From an uncultured delta proteobacterium (lineage in GTDB: Bacteria; Desulfobacterota; Syntrophia; Syntrophales; UBA5619): a stretch of 64,000 nt of DNA. Location of the stretch: contig CAWFOM010000004.1 of assembly GCA_963817385.1 (NCBI GenBank), positions 1 through 64,000 on the forward strand, written 5' to 3'. The notes beneath the pieces were generated by a model. It worked only from the letters and a program-made list of their open reading frames with translations. It was not told the DNA's origin and did no database searches. Of this stretch, positions 29,981 through 41,678 are shown one piece after another (position 1 is the stretch's first letter; every line of letters begins with the position of its first letter). Position numbers and translations under genes: made by a program.

Positions 29981-31054
29981 TTGAAAATAATATGCTCCAC
30001 ATGCCGCAGGTCGTTCAACATCCCCGACGAACGGCTCCCCAAGACGGAGAGCATTGCCTTACCCTGCCCCATCTGCAAGGCTATGATCGAGGTTGATCTT
30101 CGCTCACAACTTTCCGGAGCAGAGCCAACCCCGCGCCAGAAGGCGGCAAAAAGGGGCGGGGGAGCCGGCGTTCGGACTGCTCGTGAGGCTGAAGCATTGC
30201 CCAGCGGCGAAAAGCTGATGAAGAAGATCCTCCAGACGGCCAAGGATATTCCGCCCATGCCCCAGACTACGCTCAGGGCCCATGAGATCATCAAAGACCC
30301 AAATGCGAGTTTTGAAGACCTGGCACGGGTGATGGAAATGGATCAAGCGATTGCCACCCGCGTCCTCAGGATGGCTAATTCCCCTTACTACGGCCTGAGC
30401 GGCAAAGTCTCCTCCATCAAGCATGCTTCAACGATATTGGGCTTGAAAGTCCTTGAAGAGCTCGTCGTCATGGCATGGAGTACCAAGGCTTTGGGCCACC
30501 GGATGGAAGGGTATGAGTTGGAAACGGGGGACCTCTGGAAGCATTCCCTGGCGGTAGCCTTCGGCTCAAAAATCATCGCCGCCTTGAAAAATCCCGGTAT
30601 CGCAAACGATGCCTTTTCCGCCGGTTTGATCCATGATGTGGGAAAACTTGTTTTAGATCCCTACGTCCTGGAGAGAAAAGATCTCTTCACGACCTTCCTG
30701 GCTGGTGGAAAGGAGTCCTTTCTCAGTGCTGAAAAGGAGATTCTGGGGTTTGATCACGGGGAGATGGCCGCTGAGCTGTGCACGAACTGGCATGTGCCCC
30801 AAGACCTTGCGACGGCCATCCGCCACCACCACTGTCCTGCGGCGTCCAACGGGAGTCAATTGGCCTATATCGTTCACATGGCTGATATCATAGCACTCAT
30901 GAGCGGTATGGGCACCGGCCTTGATGGCATGCAGTATCACATGGACCAGGAGGTCATGGCAATGCTGGGTATGAAATCCGATGGCATGAGCCTGATCATG
31001 ATACAGATCGTGGAGGCCGTTCAAGCGATCTCCGCGGATATGCAGCAGACCTGA
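29981..31054 (+). CDS. Zinc-ribbon plus HDOD domain protein
   Basis: CSTC..CPIC, then VLRMANSPYY, WKHS, GLIHDVGK, E..ILGFDH, IRHHH. Confidence 0.88.
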   Translation: MKIICSTCRRSFNIPDERLPKTESIALPCPICKAMIEVDLRSQLSGAEPTPRQKAAKRGGGAGVRTAREAEALPSGEKLMKKILQTAKDIPPMPQTTLRAHEIIKDPNASFEDLARVMEMDQAIATRVLRMANSPYYGLSGKVSSIKHASTILGLKVLEELVVMAWSTKALGHRMEGYELETGDLWKHSLAVAFGSKIIAALKNPGIANDAFSAGLIHDVGKLVLDPYVLERKDLFTTFLAGGKESFLSAEKEILGFDHGEMAAELCTNWHVPQDLATAIRHHHCPAASNGSQLAYIVHMADIIALMSGMGTGLDGMQYHMDQEVMAMLGMKSDGMSLIMIQIVEAVQAISADMQQT

Positions 31055-31096
31055 CAGGTCGGTGGACAACTATAGACTTTTTTCTGGGATAAACTC

Positions 31097-31570
31097 TCAG
31101 TCGATAAGATCAACAAGCCTCCCGCTGGTAATACGAAGTCTTTGGCTTAACAACTTACCCAGCTTAAGCAATATCTTGGCCGCAAGGCCAGGGGCTTCTC
31201 TTATTAAGCGATCGAGATTCTCCCTGGTTAGAATCAGCAACACCGTTTTATCCGCTGAGACGATCGTTGCAGATCTCGGCTCACCGTCAAAGAGTACCAT
31301 CTCGCCAAATGTTTTACCTTTGGTAATTACCGATAACGTCTTTCCTTGATTCTTTTCGTTTTGCTTCTTGACTTTGACACTTCCCTTAACAACAATGCAC
31401 ATATAGGCTTCCCGCGCCCCCTCATAGAATACTGGCTTGTCTTTCTCTATCCGGGAAGTGTCCAGATATCGGACAAAATTTTCTATTTCCTTCCATGAGA
31501 GATCTTCAGTCCATTCGGTCCCTTCCAACAGTTCTGCTCGTTCTTTCAGAGACTCTCCAACGTCTACCAT
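31097..31570 (-). CDS. Stand-alone cyclic-nucleotide-binding domain protein
   Basis: VFYEG, FGEMVLFDGEPRSATI. Confidence 0.85.
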   Translation of the reverse strand: MVDVGESLKERAELLEGTEWTEDLSWKEIENFVRYLDTSRIEKDKPVFYEGAREAYMCIVVKGSVKVKKQNEKNQGKTLSVITKGKTFGEMVLFDGEPRSATIVSADKTVLLILTRENLDRLIREAPGLAAKILLKLGKLLSQRLRITSGRLVDLID

Positions 31571-32077
31571 AGCCTGTCCATTTCGTTGATAACGTAAGAG
31601 TAAGACAAAAAGGTTATTCACTAAAAATGCAACGAAGCAATCTCTGGCGCGCTGATATTACAAATCTTCCAATGCCTCAAGTCAAGGAAATATTATCACC
31701 CTGTATGGCGTCGAAATCGGAGGCGATTCTGAGATATTGCCTATCATAAAGCTTCCATTCAATCCTCATTTATTTCCATCGGCACACACCATACACTATG
31801 AGAGAAAGAAACAGCGGCGCTCACACATCTCCGCTGACCCCGACAGTACATTGACCCGGAACATGAGCCGGTATGCACTGACGATTTCCGCACTCTCACA
31901 CGGAAGTATCCTTACGAAAAAGCAAGCGCCGTCTTCTTCTGAGCGAAAAGGGGACGCCGTGATGCATTGAACGGGGTCGATGTGTGGGGAGGGATTCATG
32001 AAGGCGGAGCCGGGAATGATCTTCCCGGCAACGGAGGTTTTCACGGCGACGGAACGTAAATAAAAGAGGAGGGGCGT

Positions 32078-32533
32078 ATGACAAAACTCAACATCAATAG
32101 AAAGGAATACACGCTGAGCGTGAATCCGGACGTGCCTCTGTTATGGGTGATTCGGGAACATCTGAAGCTTACGGGCACCAAGTTCGGATGCGGCATGGGT
32201 TTGTGTGGCGCCTGCACGGTGCATATCGATGGAAAAGCGGAAAGGTCCTGTCAGATACCGGTGGGCCAGGCCCAGGGAAAGAAGATAACGACCATAGAAG
32301 GTCTGCCCGAAAATCATCCGGTAAAAAAGGCGTGGCTCAAAGAGCAGGTCCCGCAGTGCGGCTACTGCCAGCCGGGCCAGATCATGCAGGCCGCGGCATT
32401 GCTTGTGGAAAAACCGAACCCGACCGACGAAGAAATCATGGACTATATGAACGGGAATATCTGCCGCTGTTCCACCTATCCACGGATCAAAGCCGCGATC
32501 AAGACGGCAGCAAAGGAGGGGAAAAAGCGATGA
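32078..32533 (+). CDS. [2Fe-2S] subunit, IorA/CoxS-like
   Basis: [29 protein letters not shown]. Confidence 0.93.
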   Translation: MTKLNINRKEYTLSVNPDVPLLWVIREHLKLTGTKFGCGMGLCGACTVHIDGKAERSCQIPVGQAQGKKITTIEGLPENHPVKKAWLKEQVPQCGYCQPGQIMQAAALLVEKPNPTDEEIMDYMNGNICRCSTYPRIKAAIKTAAKEGKKR

Positions 32534-34698
32534 AACGGACAATGTCGAGACGGAAATTTTTACAGACATCCCTTGTCGGTGCGGGCTTGACAATCGCGGT
32601 TTCCGTCACGCCGTTCGGCCATCGCCTGTTTGCCGCCTCGGGAAAAGAAAAGACGGCCCCCTTTGCACCGAGTGCATGGCTGCGAATAACACCCGGAAAC
32701 GACGTGATTATTTTTGTAAATAAGTCCGAGATGGGGCAAGGGGTGCACACGTCCCTGCCAATGATAATGGCCGATGAGCTTGACGCCGATTGGGCACGGG
32801 TAAAGATAGAGGTGGCGCTTGCGGGGAACCAGTACAAGGACCCTGTCTGGAGCATGCAGGCAACAGGAGGGAGCACAAGTATACGGCATATGTATACCCC
32901 CCTGCGGGAAGCTGCGGCGGTCGCCAGGGAGATGCTGGTGAAAGCAGCCGCCGAACAGTGGGGTCTCTCCGAAGGTGATTGCGAGACTGCAAAAAACACG
33001 GTGAAAAACAGGAAGAATGGGAAAACTCTCACGTACGGGAATCTTGCTGCAAAGGCGTCCCGTTTCCCTATGCCGCAAAAGCCGCAGTTGAAGAAGCCAA
33101 GCCAGTTCACGCTCATCGGCACCCCCGCCCTGCGCCCGGACATCCCCGGGAAAATCAGCGGGAAAGCCGTATTCGGCATCGATGTCCAGGTAAAGAACAT
33201 GCTCTACGGGACGGTTGAACGACCGCCCACTTTCGGAGCGACGATCGTTTCCTACGACGCCGATGCCGCCGGGAAAATCCCCGGCGTGCGGAAGGTAGCC
33301 CGTATCGACCGGGGCATCGCCGTTTGTGCCGATACGCTCGCCGCAGCCTGGGAAGGCAAGAACTCCCTCAATGCCAAATGGAGCGCAGGTGTCCGACCCT
33401 CGCTGGATAACGATAGTCTCGAAAGGGATTTTATCGCCCATCTCGACAGGGAGGGGCTGCTCGCAAAAAACGAGGGAGACGCCAAGGCGGCGCTAAGGAC
33501 ATCGGCAAAAAAGGTCGAGGCGGTTTATCTGTTGCCCTACCTGTCCCATATGAACATGGAACCGATGAACTGCACGGCTTTTGTTCAAAAAGACTCCTGC
33601 GATGTGTGGGCGCCGACACAGAACCAGACGGGCGTCCTCGAAATCGCAAAGAAATTGACCGGGCTTACGGCGAATCGGATCATCGTGCACACCACGTTCC
33701 TCGGCACCGGTTTCGGAAGGCGCTTTGAAACGGACTTTGTCGAGGAGGCGATCGAGGCGTCAAAAGCGGCCGGACGCCCGGTAAAGGTAATTTGGAATAG
33801 GGAAGAAGACATCGGGAATGATTATTACCGCCCCGGAAATGCCACGAGGATCGAAGGCGGTCTCGATGAGGTGGGGAAGCTGACCGCCTGGTCCCACCGG
33901 ATCGCCGTTTCCTCCATCTTTTCCCGCGTCATGCCGCAGCGCATGGGAAAAGGGGTGGACCCCGCAGCCATCGACGGCATAACGGAGAGTCCGTACGAGT
34001 TTCCCAATGTCCGGGTGGAATACGTGAAAGTCGACACACCCGTCCCCGTCGGGTTCTGGCGGTCCGTGGGAAATTCCCACAACGGCTTCACCATGGAATC
34101 CTTCATGGACGAAATGGCCGATGCAGCGGGACAAGACCCGTTGGCGTTTCGTCTCGGTCTCCTAAAAAACAACCCTCGTGCGCGACGCGTGATCGAAACG
34201 GCTGCCGAAAAATCCGGCTGGGGGAAACCACCCGGGAAAGGAGAGGCGCTGGGGCTTGCCCATCACTTCTCGTTCGACACTTACATTGCACAGGTGGCGG
34301 AGGTTTCGGTGAACAGGCAGAGCGGTCGGATAAAGGTCCACCGGATTGTCTGTGCGGTCGACTGCGGCACCGTGGTGAATCCCGACACCGTCAAGGCACA
34401 GATAGAAGGCGCGATCATCATGGGTTTGAGCGCCGGGATGATGGAAAAAATGGAGTTTTCCTCCGGCGGCGTTAAATCATCGAATTACGATAGCTACCCG
34501 ATACTCAGGATCATGGACACTCCTGAGATTGAAGTCCACATCGTCGCCAGCGACGGAGATCGGGGCGGGATAGGAGAACCGGGCTTGCCTCCGGTGGCGC
34601 CGGCGGTGGCCAATGCGGTCTTCCGCGCGGCAAAGATACGGCTGCGGAGGTTGCCGATGAGCCCCGAGACAGTCCTCGCCGCGCTGAAAAGGGTTTAA
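32530..34698 (+). CDS. Xanthine-oxidase-family molybdopterin subunit, IorB-like, Tat signal
   Basis: SRRKFL, EMGQG, TGGSTS, HMNMEP, GFGRR, WRSV, GIGEP. Confidence 0.92.
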   Translation: MKRTMSRRKFLQTSLVGAGLTIAVSVTPFGHRLFAASGKEKTAPFAPSAWLRITPGNDVIIFVNKSEMGQGVHTSLPMIMADELDADWARVKIEVALAGNQYKDPVWSMQATGGSTSIRHMYTPLREAAAVAREMLVKAAAEQWGLSEGDCETAKNTVKNRKNGKTLTYGNLAAKASRFPMPQKPQLKKPSQFTLIGTPALRPDIPGKISGKAVFGIDVQVKNMLYGTVERPPTFGATIVSYDADAAGKIPGVRKVARIDRGIAVCADTLAAAWEGKNSLNAKWSAGVRPSLDNDSLERDFIAHLDREGLLAKNEGDAKAALRTSAKKVEAVYLLPYLSHMNMEPMNCTAFVQKDSCDVWAPTQNQTGVLEIAKKLTGLTANRIIVHTTFLGTGFGRRFETDFVEEAIEASKAAGRPVKVIWNREEDIGNDYYRPGNATRIEGGLDEVGKLTAWSHRIAVSSIFSRVMPQRMGKGVDPAAIDGITESPYEFPNVRVEYVKVDTPVPVGFWRSVGNSHNGFTMESFMDEMADAAGQDPLAFRLGLLKNNPRARRVIETAAEKSGWGKPPGKGEALGLAHHFSFDTYIAQVAEVSVNRQSGRIKVHRIVCAVDCGTVVNPDTVKAQIEGAIIMGLSAGMMEKMEFSSGGVKSSNYDSYPILRIMDTPEIEVHIVASDGDRGGIGEPGLPPVAPAVANAVFRAAKIRLRRLPMSPETVLAALKRV

Positions 34699-34721
34699 GG
34701 AAAAGAATGAAGGAGGATGCG

Positions 34722-35111
34722 ATGATTACCTACGGATTTACCAAGGAACTGGCTGTCCCCTTCGAACGGGTGAGGGAATCGGCAATCGAGGAGTTGAAAA
34801 AAGAAGGATTCGGCATACTCACGGAGATCGATGTTCAGGCGAAGTTCAGGGAAAAGCTGGGCATCGATTTCAAGAAATATGTCATTCTGGGTGCCTGCAA
34901 TCCGCCCAATGCCCACAAGGCCATTCTCGCCGAAGAGAACGTCGGCCTGATGCTTCCCTGCAATGTGATCGTCTATGAGAAGGGGAGCAAAACTGTGATC
35001 TCGGCGATCAGGCCCACGGTCGCGATGAAGATGATCGACAATCCGGAGCTCGAGCCGATCGGGAAGTTCATTGAAGCGAAATTGAAGAAAGCCTTCGACG
35101 CGGTTAAATGA
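34722..35111 (+). CDS. DUF302 protein
   Basis: EGFGILTEID, YVILGACNP, GLMLPCNV. Confidence 0.92.
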   Translation: MITYGFTKELAVPFERVRESAIEELKKEGFGILTEIDVQAKFREKLGIDFKKYVILGACNPPNAHKAILAEENVGLMLPCNVIVYEKGSKTVISAIRPTVAMKMIDNPELEPIGKFIEAKLKKAFDAVK

Positions 35112-35219
35112 AGGAGGATTGCCCCTCCGCGCAGGTCGCATCAGTTTCCCGCAGAGCTCCGCGTGGTTTGTTCAACGGGGGCTTGCGGTCAGGTGAACCC
35201 GCGCCAAAGGAGGAATACT

Positions 35220-35697
35220 ATGGCAGAGACAGAAATTATCGCAGAGCCGGGGAAACAGGATATCGTCATCAGACGAACGTTCGATGCGCCGCGTGAACGC
35301 GTATTCAAGGCGTTGACCGATCCCGCGAGTATCCCCAAATGGTGGGGGCCGGGAAATTTCACGACCGCCGTAGACAAGATGGAGGTAAAACCGGGGGGCT
35401 TTTGGCGATTTGTTCAGCGCGATCCGGAAGGCAATGAGTTCGCATTTCACGGCGTATATCATGAAAGCATGCCTCCGAGACGGCTTGTCTACACCTTCGA
35501 ATGGGAAGGCATGCCGGGCCACGTGTCGCTGGAGACAGTTACGCTCGAAGAGCGCGACGGCAAGACGGTTACGAACGACAAGATTGTCTTCCAGTCCGTC
35601 GAGGATCGTGACGGCATGCTCAAGAGCGGAATGGAAGAAGACCAGGGAGAGCATGGATCGGCTGGAGGCGCTGCTGAATAAGACGCGGAATGGATGA
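35220..35697 (+). CDS. SRPBCC/Aha1-like protein (frameshift near 35640)
   Basis: [34 protein letters not shown]; expected tail [11 protein letters not shown] lies in another frame. Confidence 0.85.
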
Positions 35698-35819
35698 ATG
35701 CCATGGCCGATGCAGCGCTCACCCCATGGGGGCTACCTTCGCCTGCCTGAATGATTTCCAAGAGTTTCCTTCCGTTGGCGGCGATTGATTATTGCCCCGA
35801 AAAGGGGTAGAGTGCCGCC

Positions 35820-38188
35820 ATGGCGAAGCTGACGTTGGAGGAGTGGCTCGCGAGGGCCGAAAAGGACCGGCGGTTCATGGAGAACGTCCGGGCGATCCGG
35901 AAGATCCCCGCCCGCCCCGGTGAATTTGCGGAATATCCGGCGTGGGTCCACCCCTCTTTGAAAAAAGTCCTCGCCGAACGGGGGATCGGGCGGCTCTACA
36001 GCCACCAGGCGAAGGCGGTGGATCTGGTCCGCAAGGGGCAGAGCGTCGTTCTCGTCACCCCGACGGCGAGCGGCAAGACCCTCTGCTACAACCTCCCGGT
36101 CCTGCAGAAGATCATCGAAGAGCCGGAGACCCGCGCCCTCTACCTTTTTCCCGACGAAGGCCCTCGCCCAGGACCAGATGCACGAGATCCACGGCCTGAT
36201 CGGCGAGATGAAGGCCGACATCAAGACCTACACCTACGACGGGGACACCCCCGACGACGCCCGGCAGGCGATCCGCCGGCAGGGCCACGTCGTCGTCACG
36301 AACCCCGACATGCTCCACGCCGGGATCCTCCCCCACCATACCAAGTGGCAGAAGCTCTTCGCGAACCTCCAGTATGTGGTGATCGACGAGCTCCACGTCT
36401 ACCGGGGGGTCTTCGGCTCCCACCTGACGAACGTGCTCCGGCGTCTGGTCCGGATCTGCCGCTTCTACGGCCGGGACCCGGTCTTCATCTGCTGCTCGGC
36501 CACGGTCGCCAACCCCAAGGAGCACGCGGAGCGGCTCCTGGAGCGCTCCGTCGCGCTCATCGCCGAGAGCGGGGCGCCGGCGGCGGCCAAGACCTTCATC
36601 CTCTACAACCCCCCCATCGTCAACCGGGAGCTCGGCATCCGCCAGTCCGCCCTGACGCCGGTCCGGAAGATCGCCGCGGAGCTCATCGAAAACGCGATCC
36701 AGACGATCGTCTTTGCCACCAGCCGCCTGAACGTCGAGGTCCTGACGAAGTACCTCAAGGATCAGTTCTCGAAGGGGAAACCGGTGGATACCCAGTTCGT
36801 CACCGGCTACCGCGGCGGGTACCTCCCCAATCTCCGCCGGCAGATCGAGGCGGGCCTCCGCAGCCGGGAGGTGATGGGGGTCGTCGCGACCAACGCCCTG
36901 GAGCTGGGGATCGACATCGGCGATATGGAGGCGGCGATCCTCTGCGGCTATCCGGGCTCGATCGCCAGCACCTGGCAGCAGGCGGGGCGGGCGGGCCGGC
37001 GTTCGGGGCAGAGCCTGGCGATCCTCATCGCCCGGAGCTCCCCGCTCGATCAGTTCATCGTGGAGAACCCCGATTACTTCTTCTCCCGCTCCCCGGAGTT
37101 CTGCCGGGTCAACCCGGACAACCTGCTGATCCTCCTGCACCATATCAAGAGCGCCGCCTTCGAGCTCCCGTTCGAGAAGGGGGAGCACTTCGGCGGGGAG
37201 AACCTGGAGGAACTCCTCGACTACCTCGAACGGAAGGGGGTCCTCCACCGCGTCGACGCCCGCTGGCACTGGTCGGCGGAGAGCTACCCCGCCGACGAGG
37301 TGAGCCTCCGGAGCATCAATCCCGAAAACGTCGTCGTCGTGGATGCGACCGAGGCGGGGAACCACCGGGTGATCGCCGAGGTGGACTGGGACAGCGCCTT
37401 TACCGCCGTCCACACCGACGCGATCTACATGGTGGAGTCCCAGCAGTACTACGTGGACAAGCTCGACCTGGAGCGGAAGACCGCCTACGTCCACAAGGTC
37501 GAGGCGGAGTACTACACCGACGCGATGACCTACACCAACGTCCGGGTGATCGACGCCTTCGCGAAAAAGCCGGGGAAGGAGATCCTCGTCGAGCACGGGG
37601 AGGTCCAGGTGGTGAGCAAGGTGGTCGGCTACAAGAAGATCAAGTTCTACACCTCGGAGAACCTCGGCTACGGCGACGTGAACCTGCCGGAGAAGGACAT
37701 GCACACGACGAGCTACTGGTTCACGATCCCCCGGGACCGCCTCGCCGCGCTTTCCTACAACCAGGAGGAGATCATCGACGGCCTGGCGGGGCTCGCCTAC
37801 AGCCTCCACCACCTGGCCGCCATGATGCTGATGGCGGACCTCCACGACATCGACCGGGCGATCGGGGACAAGAGCGGCGAGTGGTTCGTCAGGAAGGACC
37901 GGAACTGGCGGACGATCACGACCTCGCCGGGGGCGGAGGAGAGCGCCGTCCCCACGACGGACGCCTTCGACCCGACGATCTTTTTGTTCGACGCCTATCC
38001 CGGCGGGATCGGCTTCTCGGAGCTCCTCTTCGAGCGCCACGACGCCCTGCTTGAAATCGGCCCGGCAGCTCATCCAGGGCTGCGCCTGCGCCTGCGGCTG
38101 CCCGTCGTGCGTCGGCCCGGTCCTCGAGGTCGGTCCCCGGGCGAAGGATACGGCCCTGGCGATTCTCGACCTGCTTCAGGGGAAATAG
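35820..38188 (+). CDS. mrfA: DEAD/DEAH helicase with DUF1998 domain, MrfA/YprA-like (frameshifts near 36148 and 38052)
   Basis: LYSHQ, PTASGKT, TNPDMLH, DELH, SAT, TNALELGIDIG, QQAGRAGRR, DAYPGGIG. Restored tail reads GCACACGCPSCVG. Confidence 0.88.
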
Positions 38189-38284
38189 TCGGAGGACATC
38201 GTCCCTCCGCCGTCCGATATCCACATATCCACTGGGGCCGAAATAATACTTGCACCGTTTGACCTCCTGATCCATACATGGAAC

Positions 38285-39609
38285 ATGGGCACGAAGGATC
38301 GTTTAGAGCGCCTCACCGGCGAAAAGAAGATTGAAAGCGGCTCGGCTCTTCACGGCGACGGGGCGCGGGCGGGGGAGATCCGCGCCTTGCGGGATCGGAT
38401 CGAAGCCGTTCTTTCTCGGCGGCCGGAGGGACGAACGGCGGAGACACCAACCGCCGGACGGGGCCGGGGGGTCCCCCTGGAGGAACTGGTTTCGGGCGAG
38501 GAGCGGGTCACCGAAGGGGGGCGCTTCTTCTGCGCCCGCCGTCTGACCGGAGGCTCGTCGCGACACGGCCGGTTCTGCATCCGGGACTTGGCGCCCCTCG
38601 ACATGGGCCGGATCGCCGTCCTGGCGAACGACCCGGACCTGCAGGGGGTTCGATTACCGGCAGGCCTTCTTCCTCGATACGGAGACGACCGGGCTTGCCG
38701 GCGGAACAGGGACGGTCGCCTTTCTCATCGGGATCGGCTGGTTCGAAAGGGATGCCTTCGTGACCGAGCAGCTCTTCGCCCGGGATTACGCCGAGGAGCG
38801 GGCGACGCTCCTCTACCTCCGGGGAGCTCCTCCGGGAGGCCCGTTTCCTGGTCAGCTTCAACGGCAAGGCCTTCGACGCCAATCTCCTGGCCGCCCGTTT
38901 CATCATGAACCGCCTGCCGGATCCCCTTGCCGGGCTTCCCCATCTCGATCTCCTCCATCCCGCCCGGCGCCTGCTGAGCCATCGTCTGAGCGACCGCCGC
39001 CTGGGCGCCCTGGAGGCGGCGCTCCTCGGATTCGAGCGGGAGGGAGACATCCCCGGGAGCGAGATCCCCCAGCGCTACTTCGACTGGCTCCGTCGGCGCG
39101 ACGGGCGGCTCATGGCCGATGTCTTCGAACACAACCGCCTGGACATCCTGTCTTTGGCGGCCCTGGCCGCCCATCTGACGGAGCTGATCGATCCTGCGGG
39201 GGAGAATTCCCGGTGCCACCCCGGCGACCGCCTTGCCGCCGCGCGCCTCTTTCTGGCCCGGGACCGCCACGCCGAGGCCGTCCGTCTCCTGGACCCTCTG
39301 TGCGGCTGCGCCAGTCCCGAAACAGCGCGGGAGGCTGCCCGGGAGCTCTCCCTCCACCACCGGCGGGGGGGGCGCTGGCCGGCGGCGGTGGCGATCTGGG
39401 AGGAGATGGTGCGGCGCGACGGGGGGGATCTCTTCGCCCTTGTCGAACTAGCCAAATGGCAGGAACACCGGCGGCGGGATTTCGCCCGAGCCCTGGAACT
39501 GACGGAGTGCGCCTGTGCCGGCCGCCTGACGCCGGAGGAGCGCATCGACCTCAACCGCCGCCGGGAGCGCCTGGAGCGCAAACTGGCCTTGGGGAGTGCC
39601 GTACCGTAA
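38285..39609 (+). CDS. mrfB: RNase H-like (DEDD) exonuclease with TPR-like tail, MrfB/YprB-like (frameshifts near 38648 and 38825)
   Basis: Restored FLDTETTGL, SFNGKAFD, HLDLLH, DIPG.EIP, HNRLD; directly after mrfA. Confidence 0.83.
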
Positions 39610-39661
39610 ATCTCAGAGTTCGGAACAATGTTGAATATCTTTTTAGCGGGGAGGTGGGAAC

Positions 39662-40095
39662 ATGGTCGTCTGCACGATCGGGTTTGCGAAAAAGAATCTG
39701 CGGCAGTTTATCGGGAAGCTTCAGGCGGCGGAGGTGAAGAAGGTAATCGACATCCGTCTCCGCAACACGTCACAACTCGCCGGATACGCCAAGAAGGACG
39801 ACCTGGAATATATCCTCGGCCTGGTCGGGATCGCCTACGAGCACCATCCTGAACTGGCGCCGACGGAAGAGATCCTCGACGGCTACAAGGGGAAAAAGAT
39901 CTCCTGGCCGGAATACGAGAGACAATTCGGTGAGCTTTTGATCTCACGGGATCCGCTGAAAAACTCATCGCTCCGCAAGGAACCGGGGCCGATCTGCCTG
40001 CTGTGCGCCGAGGACAAACCCGCCCAGTGCCACCGACGGCTCGTGGCGGAGCACATTGCCGGGCGCCTCCGGGGCACGAGATCCGGCACCTGTAG
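39662..40095 (+). CDS. DUF488 protein (frameshift near 40075; true end EIRHL*)
   Basis: TIGF, IDIRLRNTSQLAGY, LAPT, CLLCAE..CHRR. Confidence 0.85.
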
Positions 40096-40164
40096 GGGAC
40101 AGGGAGGCGGCTTTCTTCATAAGTGCTTCCTGCGGCGGCTGGCTGATGAATTAAGGAGAACCAG

Positions 40165-40997
40165 ATGAACGATATGACGATTCTCTGTTATCTGGATGTT
40201 CTGGGGTACAGCAAAGCAGTTTGCAGGCATCATACCGACGAAGCGCTTATAAGGAATATTGAAAAAATCTTTCAAACGTCCGTTCAGTATCTGAATGACC
40301 TGAAAGAGAAAGGGGGTTTTGATGATCCAGCTCACGAAGAATGTAGGCAACATATTTTCAAGGCATTGCGGATTCGGTTTATATCGGATTCAATCATGTA
40401 TTCGCTAAATCTTTCCGAGGTTCCCGCTGTAAAAACCGACGTTGTTGAAGGACATCCACTTACGTATTGTGTCCATTGTTTTTCCGGTTGATTTCGATGT
40501 TCTGTACAACACTTACCGGTAAAATGGGTTTGGTTGTCAGGGGGGCAATTACAATAGGACCTCATTATGAACGAGATTGGGAAGAAGACGGATCCCAGTG
40601 TCTATTTGTGTTCAGCAAGGCCCTTGTCGATGCCGTCGATTTGGAGCATAAGGAAGCGAAGACCGCAAGGATTGTTGTCGCTGAGGGTCTTGTTCGTTAC
40701 TTGAAGGAACAAACTAACTTGGACGTTGGCGAATTTGTGTTCAGCGATAGCGAGGGTAAGTCCTGCTTCGATTTGTACAACATTTTTCGCCCATTGTCCG
40801 CTGATAATGCCCGGAAAGTGCTGAGTGATATCAAAAAAGCGGTCACAATGAACATGGTTGATTCATCTTTTGATCCGAAAGCTTTGGAAAAACTCGAATA
40901 TTTTGCAGAGTACCACAACAAATGGGTTCGGGAGTTCTGCGCTGATACGGATCTGCGGATCGACTGCCGAGAAATGATTGCAAATGCCAAATCCTGA
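40165..40997 (+). CDS. Hypothetical protein with class III nucleotidyl-cyclase-like motifs (frameshift near 40478)
   Basis: YLDVLGYS, FISDSI, VRGAITIG, KALVDAVDLE..A..ARIVV across two overlapping ORFs; RBS AAGGAG. Confidence 0.65.
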
Positions 40998-41129
40998 CGG
41001 GCGATAACATCAAGCGTTATCATCCCACTATCTTATGACCGAAATTTACCCCATCGTTGAAACCTACGATGAGCGGCCGAGCGACTACATGATTATCTTG
41101 TAGTAAGATAATATCAGGAGGACGCGAAA

Positions 41130-41669
41130 TTAAGCGGTATTCGTCAGATACATGAGAATTTTTTCCAGTTCAGGAACCTGATGCCGCCGGTCTTCGAGAA
41201 GACCGCGGGGGAAATATCTTTCGTATTGTTTTGGAAGCAACTTCTCATTGGCATCCAAATAATTGTCTTCAAATAATCTCTTGCACTCCGAGGTCTTGTG
41301 AATTGATGAATTGAAAACAGGCTTCAGTATCTTTAAAAGCAGACCTTCGATACAGGGATCGCACCAAACGAGTTCGAGTTTTTTCGTTTTAGCTTTCTTT
41401 AGATATGAGGCATGGCATGGTCTGTCTTTGTCCAACAAAACAAATGCTCGATCGTAATGACGGGGATTCAACTTGATGGAATGGATTATCACGCATTCTG
41501 GACCGCCGCCATGGGCGCATTCGACTTTGGCGAAAATGCCGTCCTCTCGTTTGATGTAGATGTATTTGAGATATTGTAGAAAGGCCTTTTCCGTTTCTCC
41601 TTCACCAACGACCAAAACAGTCCAGTTGGGCTGTCTCGGTTTGCGGATGAATGGATTCGACCGGGCCAT
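41130..41669 (-). CDS. RloB-like TOPRIM protein
   Basis: VLVVGEGETEKAFL, VLLDKD, PCIEGLLL; follows an ABC-type ATPase. Confidence 0.8.
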   Translation of the reverse strand: MARSNPFIRKPRQPNWTVLVVGEGETEKAFLQYLKYIYIKREDGIFAKVECAHGGGPECVIIHSIKLNPRHYDRAFVLLDKDRPCHASYLKKAKTKKLELVWCDPCIEGLLLKILKPVFNSSIHKTSECKRLFEDNYLDANEKLLPKQYERYFPRGLLEDRRHQVPELEKILMYLTNTA

Positions 41670-41678
41670 TACCGCTCC

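Noticed and set aside
36112..38073. Long alternative-frame or antisense ORFs (also 45736..47124, 61655..63643, 9860..11188, 13505..14755)
   Set aside because: These are shadows of GC-rich genes with no recognisable motifs.
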